Shown: piece after piece, positions 21,059 to 33,300 of the stretch
Layout of the letters: every line of letters begins with the position of its first letter
How positions within the stretch are numbered: position 1 is the stretch's first letter
From: Eledone cirrhosa
Taxonomy: Eukaryota
Assembly (NCBI GenBank): GCA_964016885.1
Contig: OZ024741.1
Location: 2,542,001-2,606,000, forward strand
Reading direction: 5' to 3'
Length of the DNA: 64,000 nucleotides
Position numbers and translations under genes: made by a program
Notes under the pieces: model-generated
The model's database searches: none
What the model was told of the DNA's origin: nothing
What the model saw: the letters and a program-made list of their open reading frames with translations, nothing else

Positions 21059-21096
<38 letters not shown>
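21057..21096. repeat. Compound microsatellite (AT)11(AG)9
   Basis: Direct reading. Confidence 0.97.
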
Positions 21097-21097
<1 letters not shown>

Positions 21098-21222
21098 AAT
21101 AAAAATCTGATATTTTCAAATATTAATAATAAGATTCGATTCGCTTGCAATTATGCCAACAGCCTCTTAAGCCATGTGAGTAGAACAACCTCGTTATTCT
21201 TGTTCTTGTGTTGGCATATAAA

Positions 21223-21279
21223 CAGAATGGTAGACACTAATGTTTCTGTGTGATTATCCTTCATCAGTACCGTATACTG
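21223..21279 (-). ncRNA. Degenerate minimal type I hammerhead ribozyme motif (probable second Penelope-like remnant, about 21098-21290)
   Basis: Minus strand reads CAGTATAC-GGTA-CTGATGA-AGGATAATCACACA-GAA-ACATTAGTGT-C-TACC-ATTCTG. Stem I is GGTA/TACC (plus CAG/CTG), the core is canonical, stem III is ACA/TGT, and the cleavage triplet is GUC. Stem II does not pair well. Confidence 0.6.
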
Positions 21280-21317
21280 ATTACCTGCCAACTGTCAGAG
21301 CTAGTGAAAATGTATGA

Positions 21318-24300
21318 TATAGGTGTAAGGGAAGTGTATAGGTGTCAGGACAGTGTATAGGTGTAAAGACGGTTTACAGGTTTAAGGACAGTGTACAGGT
21401 GTAAAGACAGTGTATAGATGTAAGGACAGTGTATAGGTTAAGGACAGTGTATAGGTGCAAGGACAGTGTATAGGTTTAAGGACAGTGTACAGGTGTAAAG
21501 ACAGTGTATAGATGTAATGACAGTGTATAGGTTAAGGACAGTGTATAGGTGTAAGGACAGTGTATAGATGTAAGGACAGTGTATAGGTGTAAGAACAGTG
21601 TAGAGGTGTAAGGGCAGTGTATAGGTGTAAGGACAGTATATAGGTTTAAGGACAGTGTATAGGTTTAAGGAGAGTGCATAGGTGTAATGAAAGTGTATAG
21701 GTTTACGGAGAGTGTCTAGCTGTAAGGACAGTGTATATGTGTATAGGTGTAAGGACAGTGTATAGGTGTAAGGACAGTGAATAGTTGTAAGGACAGTGTA
21801 TAGGTGTAAGGGCAGTGTATAGGTGTAAGGACAGTGTATAGGTGTAAGGAGAGTGTATAGGTGTAAAGACAGTGTACAGGTTTAAGGACAGTGTACAGGC
21901 GAAATGACAGTGTATAGATGTAAGGACAGTGTATAGGTTAAGGACAGTGTATAGGTTTAAGGACAGTGTATAGGTGTAAGGACAGTGTATAGGTGTAAGG
22001 ACAGTGTAGAGGTGTAAGGACAGTGTATAGGTGTAAGGACAGTGTATAGGTGTAAGGACAGTGTAGAGGTGTAAGGGCAGTGTATAGGCGTATGGACAGT
22101 GTATAGGTGTAAGAAGAGTGTATAGGTGTAAGGACAGTATATAGGTGTAAGGACAGTGTATAGGTGTAAGGACAGTGTATAGGTTTAAGGACAGTGTATA
22201 GGTATAATGACAGTGTATAAGTGTAAGGACAGTGTATATGTTGTATAGGTGTAAGGGCAGTGAATAGTTGTAAGGACAGTGTATATGTTTAAGGACAGTG
22301 TATAGGTGTAAGGACAGTGTATAGGTTTAAGGAGAGTGCATAGGTGTAATGACAGTGTATAGGTTTAAGGACAGTGTATAGGTATAAGGACAGTGTATAG
22401 GTGTAAGGGCAGTGTATAGGTGTAAGGACAGTGTAGAGGTGTAAGGACAGTGTATATATATAAGGACAGTGTATAGGTGTAAGGACAGTGTATAGGTTTA
22501 AGGAGAGTGCATAGGTGTAATGACAGTGTATAGGTTTAAGGACAGTGTATAGGTATAAGGACAGTGTATAGGTGTAAGGACAGTCTATAGGTGTAATGGC
22601 AGTGTATAGGTGTCAGAACAGTGTGTAGATGTAAGGACAGTGTATAGGTGTAAAGACAGTGTATAGGTGTGAGGAGGGTGTATAGGTGTAAGAACAGGTT
22701 ACAGGTGTAAAGACAATGTACAGGTTTAAGGAAAGTGTATAGGTTGAAAGACAGTGTATAGATGTAAGGAGAGTGTATAGGTTAAGGACAGTGTATATGT
22801 GTAAGGACAGTGTATAGATGTAAGGACAGTGTAGAGGTATAAGGACAGTGTAGAGGTGTAAGGACAGTGTATAGGTGTAAGGACAGTGTAGAGGTGTAAG
22901 GACAGTGTATAGGTGTAAGGAAAGTGCATAGGTTTAAGGACAGTATATAGGTGTAAGAACAGTGTATATGTGTAAGGACAGTGTATAGTTGTAAGGACAG
23001 TGTATAGGTGTAAGGACAGTGTATAGGTGTAAGGACAGTGTATAGGTTTAAGGAGAGTGCATAGGTGTAATGAAAGTGTATAGTTTTACGGAGAGTGTCT
23101 AGCTGTAAGGACAGTGTATATGTGTATAGGTGTAAGGACAGTGTATAGGTGTAAGGACAGTGAATAGTTGTAAGGACAGTGTATAGGTGTAAGGGCAGTG
23201 TATAGGTGTAAGGACAGTGTATAGGTGTAAGGAGAGTGTATAGGTGTAAAGACAGTGTACAGGTTTAAGGACAGTGTACAGGCGAAATGACAGTGTATAG
23301 ATGTAAGGACAGTGTATAGGTTAAGGACAGTGTATAGGTTTAAGGACAGTGTATAGGTGTAAGGACAGTGTATAGGTGTAAGGACAGTGTAGAGGTGTAA
23401 GGACAGTGTATAGGTGTAAGGACAGTGTATAGGTGTAAGGACAGTGTAGAGGTGTAAGGGCAGTGTATAGGCGTATGGACAGTGTATAGGTGTAAGAAGA
23501 GTGTATAGGTGTAAGGACAGTATATAGGTGTAAGGACAGTGTATAGGTGTAAGGACAGTGTATAAGTTTAAGGACAGTGTATAGGTATAATGACAGTGTA
23601 TAAGTGTAAGGACAGTGTATATGTTGTATAGGTGTAAGGGCAGAGTATAGGTGTAAGGACAGTGAATAGTTGTAAGGACAGTGTATGTGTTTAATGACAG
23701 TGTATAGGTGTAAGGAAAGTGTATAGGTTTAAGGAGAGTGCATAGGTGTAATGACAGTGTATAGGTTTAAGGACAGTGTATAGGTATAAGGACAGTGTAT
23801 AGGTGTAAGGGCAGTGTATAGGTGTAAGGACAGTGTAGAGGTGTAAGGACAGTGTATATATATAAGGACAGTGTATAGGTGTAAGGACAGTGTATAGGTT
23901 TACGGAGAGTGCATAGGTGTAATGACAGTGTATAGGTTTAAGGACAGTGTATAGGTATAAGGACAGTGTATAGGTGTAAGGACAGTCTATCGGTGTAATG
24001 GCAGTGTATAGGTGTCAGAACAGTGTGTAGATGTAAGGACAGTGTATAGGTGTAAAGACAGTGTATAGGTGTGAGGAGGGTGTATAGGTGTAAGAACAGG
24101 TTACGGGTGTAAAGACAATGTACAGGTTTAAGGAAAGTGTATAGGTTGAAAGACAGTGTATAGATGTAAGGAGAGTGTATATGTTAAGGACAGTGTATAT
24201 GTGTAAGGACAGTGTATAGATGTAAGGACAGTGTAGAGGTATAAGGACAGTGTAGAGGTGTAAGGACAGTGTATAGGTGTAAGGACAGTGTAGAGGTGTA

Positions 24301-27300
24301 AGGACAGTGTATAGGTGTAAGGAAAGTGCATAGGTTTAAGGACAGTATATAGGTGTAAGAACAGTGTATATGTGTAAGGACAGTGTATAGGTTTAAGGAG
24401 AGTATATAGGTGTAAGGACAGCGTATAAGTGTAAGGACAGTGTATAGGTGTAAGGGCAGTGAACAGTTGTTAGTACAGTGTATATGTGTAGGGACAGTGT
24501 ATAGGTTTAAGGGCAGTGTATAGGTGTAAGGACAGTGTATAGGTGTAAGGACAGTGTATAGGTGTAAAGACAATGTATAGGTGCAAGGACAGTGTATAGG
24601 TGCAATGAGAGTGTATAGGTGTAAGGACAATGTAGAGGTGTAAGGACAGTGTATTTGTGTAAGGACAGTGTATAGGTGTAAGGACAGCGTATAAGTGTAA
24701 GGACAGTGTATAAGTTTAAGGAGAGTGCATAGGTGTAATGACAGTGTATAGGTTTAAGGACAGTGTATAGGTGTAAGGACAGTGTATAGGTGTAAGGACA
24801 GTCTATAGGTGTAAGGTCAGTGTATAGGTTTCTGGAGAGTGTATAGGTGTAATGACAATGTATAGGTGTAAGGACAGTATATAGGTGTAAGGACAGTGTA
24901 TAGGTGTAAGGACAGTGAATAGTTGTAAGGCCAGTGTATAGGTGTAAGGACAGTGTAGAGGTGTAAGGACAGTGTAGAGGTGTAAGGACAGTGTATAGGC
25001 GTAAGGACAGTGTATAGGTGTAAGGACAGTGTATAGGTGTAAGGACAGTGTATAGGTTTAAAGACAGTGTATAGGTTTAAGGACAGTGTATAGGTGTAAG
25101 GACAGTGTATATGTGTAAGGACAGTGTATAGGTTTAAGGAGAGTATATAGGTGTAAGGACAGTGTATAGGTGTCAGGACAGTGTATAGGTGTAAAGACAG
25201 TTTACAGGTTTAAGGAAAGTGTACAGGTGTAAAGACAGTGTATACATGTAAAGACAGTGTATAGGTTAAGGACAGTGTATAGTTGTAAGGACAGTGTATA
25301 TGTTTAAGGACAGTGTACAGGTGTAAAGACAGTGTATAGATGTAAGGGCAGTGTATAGTTTAAGGACAGTGTATAGGTGCAAGGACAGTGTATATGTTTA
25401 AGGACAGTGTACAGGTGTAAAAACAGTGTATAGATGTGTAGGACAGTGTATAGGTTAAGCACAGTGTATAGCTGTAAAGACAGTGTATAGATGTAAGGAC
25501 AGTGTATAGGTGTAAGGACAGTGTAGAGGTGTAAGGACAGTGTAGAGGTGTAAAGACAGTGTATAGGCGTAATGACAATGTATAGGATTAAGGACAGTGT
25601 ATAGGTGTAAGGGCAGTGTACAGGTGTAAGGACAGTGTATAGGTTTCTGGAGAGTGTATAGGTGTAATTACAGTGTATAGGTGTAAGGACAGTGTATAGG
25701 TGTAAGGACAGTGTTTAGGTGTATAGGTGTATAGGTGTAAGGACAGTGTACAGTTGTATAGGTGTAAGGACAGTGTATAAGTGTAAGGACAGTGAATAGT
25801 TGTAAGGACAGTGTATATGTGTAAGGACAGTGTATAGGTGTAAGGACAGTGTATAGGTGTAATGGCAGTGTATAGGTGTCAGGACAGTGAGTAGATGTAA
25901 GGACAGTGTATAGGTGTAGGGACAGCGTATAGGTGTAAGGACAGTGTATAGATGTAAGGACAGTGTATAGGTTATGGACAGTGTATAGGTGTAATGGCAT
26001 TGTATAGGTGTCAGGGCAGTGTGTAGATGTAAGGAGAGTGTATAGCTATAAGAACAGGGTATAGGTGTAAAGACAGTGTGCAGGTTTAAGGAAAGTGTAC
26101 AGGTGTAAAGACAGTGTATAGATGTAAGGGCAGTGTATAGGTTAAGGACAGTGAATAGGTGTAGGAACAGTGTATAGATTTAAGGACAGTGTATAGTTGT
26201 AAGGACAGTGTATAGGTTTAAGGAGAGTGCATAGGTGTAATGACAGTGTATAGGTTTAAGGACAGTGTATAGGTGTAAGGACAGTGTATAGGTGTAAAGA
26301 CAGTCTATAGGTGTAAGGACAGTGTATACGTTTCTGGAGAGTGTATAGGTGTAATGACAGTGTATAGGTGTAATGACAGTATATAGGTGTAAGGACAGTG
26401 TATAGGTGTATAGGTGTATAGGACAGTGTATAAGTATAAGGACAGTGAATAGTTGTAAGGCCAGTGTATATGTGTAAGAACAGTGTATAGGTGTAAGGAC
26501 AGTGTATAGGTGTAATGGCAGTGTATAGGTATAAGGAGAGTGTATAGATGTAGGACAGTGTATAGGTGTAAGGACAGTGTAGAGGTGTAAGGACAGTGTA
26601 GAGGTGTAAGGACAGTGTATAGGCGTAAGGACAGTGTATAGGTGTAAGGACAGTGTATAGGTGTAAGGACCGTGTATAGGTTTAAGGACAGTGTATAGGT
26701 GTAAGGAAAATGTATAGGTCTAAGGACAGTGTATAGGTTTAAGGAGAGTATATAGGTGTAAGGACAGTGTATAGGTGTAATGGAAGTGTATAGGTGTCAG
26801 GACAGTGTATAGGTGTAAAGACGTTTACAGGTTTAAGGAAAGTGTACAGGTGTAAAGACAGTGTATACATGTAAAGACAGTGTATAGTTTAAGGACAGTG
26901 TATAGTTGTAAGGACAGTGTATATGTTTAAGGACAGTGTACAGGTGTAAAGACAGTGTATAGATGTAAGGGCAGTGTATAGTTTAAGGACAGTGTATAGG
27001 TGCAAGGACAGTGTATATGTTTAAGGACAGTGTACAGGTGTAAATACAGTGTATAGATGTAAGGACAGTGTATTTGTGTAAGGACAGTGTATAGGTGTAA
27101 GGAGAACGTATAAGTGTAAGAACAGTGTATAGGTTTAAGGAGAGTGCATAGGTGTAATGACAGTGTATAGGTTTAAGGACAGTGTATAGGTATAAGGACA
27201 GTGTATAGGTGTAAGGGCAGTGTATAGGTGTAAGGACAGTGTAGAGGTGTAAGGACAGTGTATATATATAAGGACAGTGTATAGGTGTAAGGACAGTGTA

Positions 27301-30300
27301 TAGGTTTAAGGAGAGTGCATAGGTGTAATGACAGTGTATAGGTTTAAGGACAGTGTATAGGTATAAGGACAGTGTATAGGTGTAAGGACAGTCTATAGGT
27401 GTAATGGCAGTGTATAGGTGTCAGAACAGTGTGTAGATGTAAGGACAGTGTATAGGTGTAAAGACAGTGTATAGGTGTGAGGAGGGTGTATAGGTGTAAG
27501 AACAGGTTACGGGTGTAAAGACAATGTAGAGGTTTAAGGAAAGTGTATAGGTTGAAAGACAGTGTATAGATGTAAGGAGAGTGTATATGTTAAGGACAGT
27601 GTATATGTGTAAGGACAGTGTATAGATGTAAGGACAGTGTAGAGGTATAAGGACAGTGTAGAGGTGTAAGGACAGTGTATAGGTGTAAGGACAGTGTAGA
27701 GGTCTAAGGACAGTGTATAGGTGTAAGGAAAGTGCATAGGTTTAAGGACAGTATATAGGTGTAAGAACAGTGTATATGTGTAAGGACAGTGTATAGGTTT
27801 AAGGAGAGTATATAGGTGTAAGGACAGCGTATAAGTGTAAGGACAGTGTATAGGTGTAAGGGCAGTGAACAGTTGTTAGTACAGTGTATATGTGTAGGGA
27901 CAGTGTATAGGTTTAAGGGCAGTGTATAGGTGTAAGGACAGGGTATAGGTGTAAGGACAGTGTATAGGTGTAAAGACAATGTATAGGTGCAAGGACAGTG
28001 TATAGGTGCAATGAGAGTGTATAGGTGTAAGGACAATGTAGAGGTGTAAGGACAGTGTATTTGTGTAAGGACAGTGTATAGGTGTAAGGACAGCGTATAA
28101 GTGTAAGGACAGTGTATAGGTTTAAGGAGAGTGCATAGGTGTAATGACAGTGTATAGGTTTAAGGACAGTGTATAGGTGTAAGGACAGTGTATAGGTGTA
28201 AGGACAGTCTATAGGTGTAAGGTCAGTGTATAGGTTTCTGGAGAGTGTATAGGTGTAATGACAATGTATAGGTGTAAGGACAGTATATAGGTGTAAGGAC
28301 AGTGTATAGGTGTAAGGACAGTGAATAGTTGTAAGGCCAGTGTATAGGTGTAAGGACAGTGTAGAGGTGTAAGGACAGTGTAGAGGTGTAAGGACAGTGT
28401 ATAGGCGTAAGGACAGTGTATAGGTGTAAGGACAGTGTATAGGTGTAATGACAGTGTATAGGTTTAAAGACAGTGTATAGGTTTAAGGACAGTGTATAGG
28501 TGTAAGGACAGTGTATATGTGTAAGGAGAGTGTATAGGTTTAAGGAGAGTATATAGGTGTAAGGACAGTGTATAGGTGTCAGGACAGTGTATAGGTGTAA
28601 AGACAGTTTACAGGTTTAAGGAAAGTGTACAGGTGTAAAGACAGTGTATACATGTAAAGACAGTGTATAGGTTAAGGACAGTGTATAGTTGTAAGGACAG
28701 TGTATATGTTTAAGGACAGTGTACAGGTGTAAAGACAGTGTATATATGTAAGGGCAGTGTATAGTTTAAGGACAGTGTATAGGTGCAAGGACAGTGTATA
28801 TGTTTAAGGACAGTGTACAGGTGTAAAAACAGTGTATAGATGTGTAGGACAGTGTATAGGTTAAGCACAGTGTATAGCTGTAAAGACAGTGTATAGATGT
28901 AAGGACAGTGTATAGGTGTAAGGACAGTGTAGAGGTGTAAGGACAGTGTAGAGTTGTAAAGACAGTGTATAGGCGTAATGACAATGTATAGGATTAAGGA
29001 CAGTGTATAGGTGTAAGGGCAGTGTACAGGTGTAAGGACAGTGTATAGGTTTCTGGAGAGTGTATAGGTGTAATTACAGTGTATAGGTGTAAGGACAGTG
29101 TATAGGTGTATAGGTGTATAGGTGTAAGGACAGTGTACAGTTGTATAGGTGTAAGGACAGTGTATAAGTGTAAGGACAGTGAATAGTTGTAAGGACAGTG
29201 TATATGTGTAAGGACAGTGTATAGGTGTAAGGACAGTGTATAGGTGTAATGGCAGTGTATAGGTGTCAGGACAGTGAGTAGATGTAAGGACAGTGTATAG
29301 GTGTAGGGACAGCGTATAGGTGTAAGGACAGTGTATAGATGTAAGGACAGTGTATAGGTTATGGACAGTGTATAGGTGTAATGGCAGTGTATAGGTGTCA
29401 GGGCAGTGTGTAGATGTAAGGAGAGTGTATAGCTATAAGAACAGGGTATAGGTGTAAAGACAGTGTGCAGGTTTAAGGAAAGTATACAGGTGTAAAGACA
29501 GTGCATAGATGTAAGGGCAGTGTATAGGTTAAGGACAGTGAATAGGTGTAGGAACAGTGTATAGATGTAAGGACAGTGTATAGTTGTAAGGACAGTGTAT
29601 AGGTTTAAGGAGAGTGCATAGGTGTAATGACAGTGTATAGGTTTAAGGACAGTGTATAGGTGTAAGGACAGTGTATAGGTGTAAGGACAGTCTATAGGTG
29701 TAAGGACAGTGTATACGTTTCTGGAGAGTGTATAGGTGTAATGACAGTGTATAGGTGTAAGGACAGTATATAGGTGTAAGGACAGTGTATAGGTGTATAG
29801 GTGTATAGGACAGTGTATAAGTATAAGGACAGTGAATAGTTGTAAGGCCAGTGTATATGTGTAAGAACAGTGTATAGGTGTAAGGACAGTGTATAGGTGT
29901 AATGGCAGTGTATAGGTATAAGGAGAGTGTATAGATGTAGGACAGTGTATAGGTGTAAGGACAGTGTAGAGGTGTAAGGACAGTGTAGAGGTGTAAGGAC
30001 AGTGTATAGGCGTAAGGACAGTGTATAGGTGTAAGGACAGTGTATAGGTGTAAGGACCGTGTATAGGTTTAAGGACAGTCTATAGGTGTAAGGAAAATGT
30101 ATAGGTCTAAGGACAGTGTATAGGTTTAAGGAGAGTATATAGGTGTAAGGACAGTGTATAGGTGTAAGGGAAGTGTATAGGTGTCAGGACAGTGTATAGG
30201 TGTAAAGACGTTTACAGGTTTAAGGTAAGTGTACAGGTGTAAAGACAGTGTATACATGTAAAGACAGTGTATAGTTTAAGGACAGTGTATAGTTGTAAGG

Positions 30301-33300
30301 ATAGTGTATATGTTTAAGGACAGTGTACAGGTGTAAAGACAGTGTATAGATGTAAGGGCAGTGTATAGTTTAAGGACAGTGTATAGGTGCAAGGACAGTG
30401 TATATGTTTAAGGACAGTGTACAGGTGTAAATACAGTGTATAGATGTAAGGACAGTGTATTTGTGTAAGGACAGTGTATAGGTGTAAGGAGAACGTATAA
30501 GTGTAAGAACAGTGTATAGGTTTAAGGAGAGTGCATAGGTGTAATGACAGTGTATAGGTTTAAGGACAGTGTATAGGTATAAGGACAGTGTATAGGTGTA
30601 AGGGCAGTGTATAGGTGTAAGGACAGTGTAGAGGTGTAAGGACAGTGTATATATATAAGGACAGTGTATAGGTGTAAGGACAGTGTATAGGTTTAAGGAG
30701 AGTGCATAGGTGTAATGACAGTGTATAGGTTTAAGCACAGTGTATAGGTATAAGGACAGTGTATAGGTGTAAGGACAGTCTATAGGTGTAATGGCAGTGT
30801 ATAGGTGTCAGAACAGTGTGTAGATGTAAGGACAGTGTATAGGTGTAAAGACAGTGTATAGGTGTGAGGAGGGTGTATAGGTGTAAGAACAGGTTACGGG
30901 TGTAAAGACAATGTACAGGTTTAAGGAAAGTGTATAGGTTGAAAGACAGTGTATAGATGTAAGGAGAGTGTATATGTTAAGGACAGTGTATATGTGTAAG
31001 GACAGTGTATAGATGTAAGGACAGTGTAGAGGTATAAGGACAGTGTAGAGGTGTAAGGACAGTGTATAGGTGTAAGGACAGTGTAGAGGTGTAAGGACAG
31101 TGTATAGGTGTAAGGAAAGTGCATAGGTTTAAGGACAGTATATAGGTATAAGAACAGTGTATATGTGTAAGGACAGTGTATAGGTTTAAGGAGAGTATAT
31201 AGGTGTAAGGACAGCGTATAAGTGTAAGGACAGTGTATAGGTTTAAGTGCAGTGAACAGTTGTTAGTACAGTGTATATGTGTAGGGACAGTGTATAGGTT
31301 TAAGGGCAGTGTATAGGTGTAAGGACAGTGTATAGGTGTAAGGACAGTGTATAGGTGTAAAGACAATGTATAGGTGCAAGGACAGTGTATAGGTGCAATG
31401 AGAGTGTATAGGTGTAAGGACAATGTAGAGGTGTAAGGACAGTGTATTTGTGTAAGGACAGTGTATAGGTGTAAGGACAGCGTATAAGTGTAAGGACAGT
31501 GTATAGGTTTAAGGAGAGTGCATAGGTGTAATGACAGTGTATAGGTTTAAGGACAGTGTATAGGTGTAAGGACAGTGTATAGGTGTAAGGACAGTCTATA
31601 GGTGTAAGGTCAGTGTATAGGTTTCTGGAGAGTGTATAGGTGTAATGACAATGTATAGGTGTAAGGACATATATAGGTGTAAGGACAGTGTATAGGTGTA
31701 AGGACAGTGAATAGTTGTAAGGCCAGTGTATAGGTGTAAGGACAGTGTAGAGGTGTAAGGACAGTGTAGAGGTGTAAGGACAGTGTATAGGCGTAAGGAC
31801 AGTGTATAGGTGTAAGGACAGTGTATAGGTGTAAGGACAGTGTATAGGTTTAAAGACAGTATATAGGTTTAAGGACAGTGTATAGGTGTAAGGACAGTGT
31901 ATATGTGTAAGGACAGTGTATAGGTTTAAGGAGAGTATATAGGTGTAAGGACAGTGTATAGGTGTCAGGACAGTGTATAGGTGTAAAGACAGTTTACAGG
32001 TTTAAGGAAAGTGTACAGGTGTAAAGACAGTGTATACATGTAAAGACAGTGTATAGGTTAAGGACAGTGTATAGTTGTAAGAACAGTGTATATGTTTAAG
32101 GACAGTGTACAGGTGTAAAGACAGTGTATAGATGTAAGGGCAGTGTATAGTTTAAGGACAGTGTATAGGTGCAAGGACAGTGTATATGTTTAAGGACAGT
32201 GTACAGGTGTAAAAACAGTGTATAGATGTGTAGGACAGTGTATAGGTTAAGCACAGTGTATAGCTGTAAAGACAGTGTATAGATGTAAGGACAGTGTATA
32301 GGTGTAAGGACAGTGTAGAGGTGTAAGGACAGTGTAGAGGTGTAAAGACAGTGTATAGGCGTAATGACAATGTATAGGATTAAGGACAGTGTATAGGTGT
32401 AAGGGCAATGTACAGGTGTAAGGACAGTGTATAGGTTTCTGGAGAGTGTATAGGTGTAATTACAGTGTATAGGTGTAAGGACAGTGTATAGGTGTAAGGA
32501 CAGTGTATAGGTGTATAGGTGTATAGGTGTAAGGACAGTGTACAGTTGTATAGGTGTAAGGACAGTGTATAAGTGTAAGGACAGTGAATAGTTGTAAGGA
32601 CAGTGTATATGTGTAAGGACAGTGTATAGGTGTAAGGACAGTGTATAGGTGTAATGGCAGTGTATAGGTGTCAGGACAGTGAGTAGATGTAAGGACAGTG
32701 TATAGGTGTAGGGACAGCGTATAGGTGTAAGGACAGTGTATAGATGTAAGGACAGTGTATAGGTTATGGACAGTGTATAGGTGTAATGGCAGTGTATAGG
32801 TGTCAGGGCAGTGTGTAGATGTAAGGAGAGTGTATAGCTATAAGAACAGGGTATAGGTGTAAAGACAGTGTGCAGGCTTAAGGAAAGTATACAGGTGTAA
32901 AGACAGTGTATAGATGTAAGGGCAGTGTATAGGTTAAGGACAGTGAATAGGTGTAGGAACAGTGTATAGATGTAAGGACAGTGTATAGGTGTAAGGACAG
33001 TGTATAGGTGTAAAGACAGTCTATAGGTGTAAGGACAGTGTATACGTTTCTGGAGAGTGTATAGGTGTAATGACAGTGTATAGGTGTAATGACAGTATAT
33101 AGGTGTAAGGACAGTGTATAGGTGTATAGGTGTATAGGACAGTGTATAAGTATAAGGACAGTGAATAGTTGTAAGGCCAGTGTATATGTGTAAGAACAGT
33201 GTATAGGTGTAAGGACAGTGTATAGGTGTAATGGCAGTGTATAGGTATAAGGAGAGTGTATAGATGTAGGACAGTGTATAGGTGTAAGGACAGTGTAGAG

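Noticed and set aside
20001-21080. Plus-strand ORFs of 148 and 197 aa
   Set aside because: Antisense shadows of the LINE RT ORF with no recognisable motifs.
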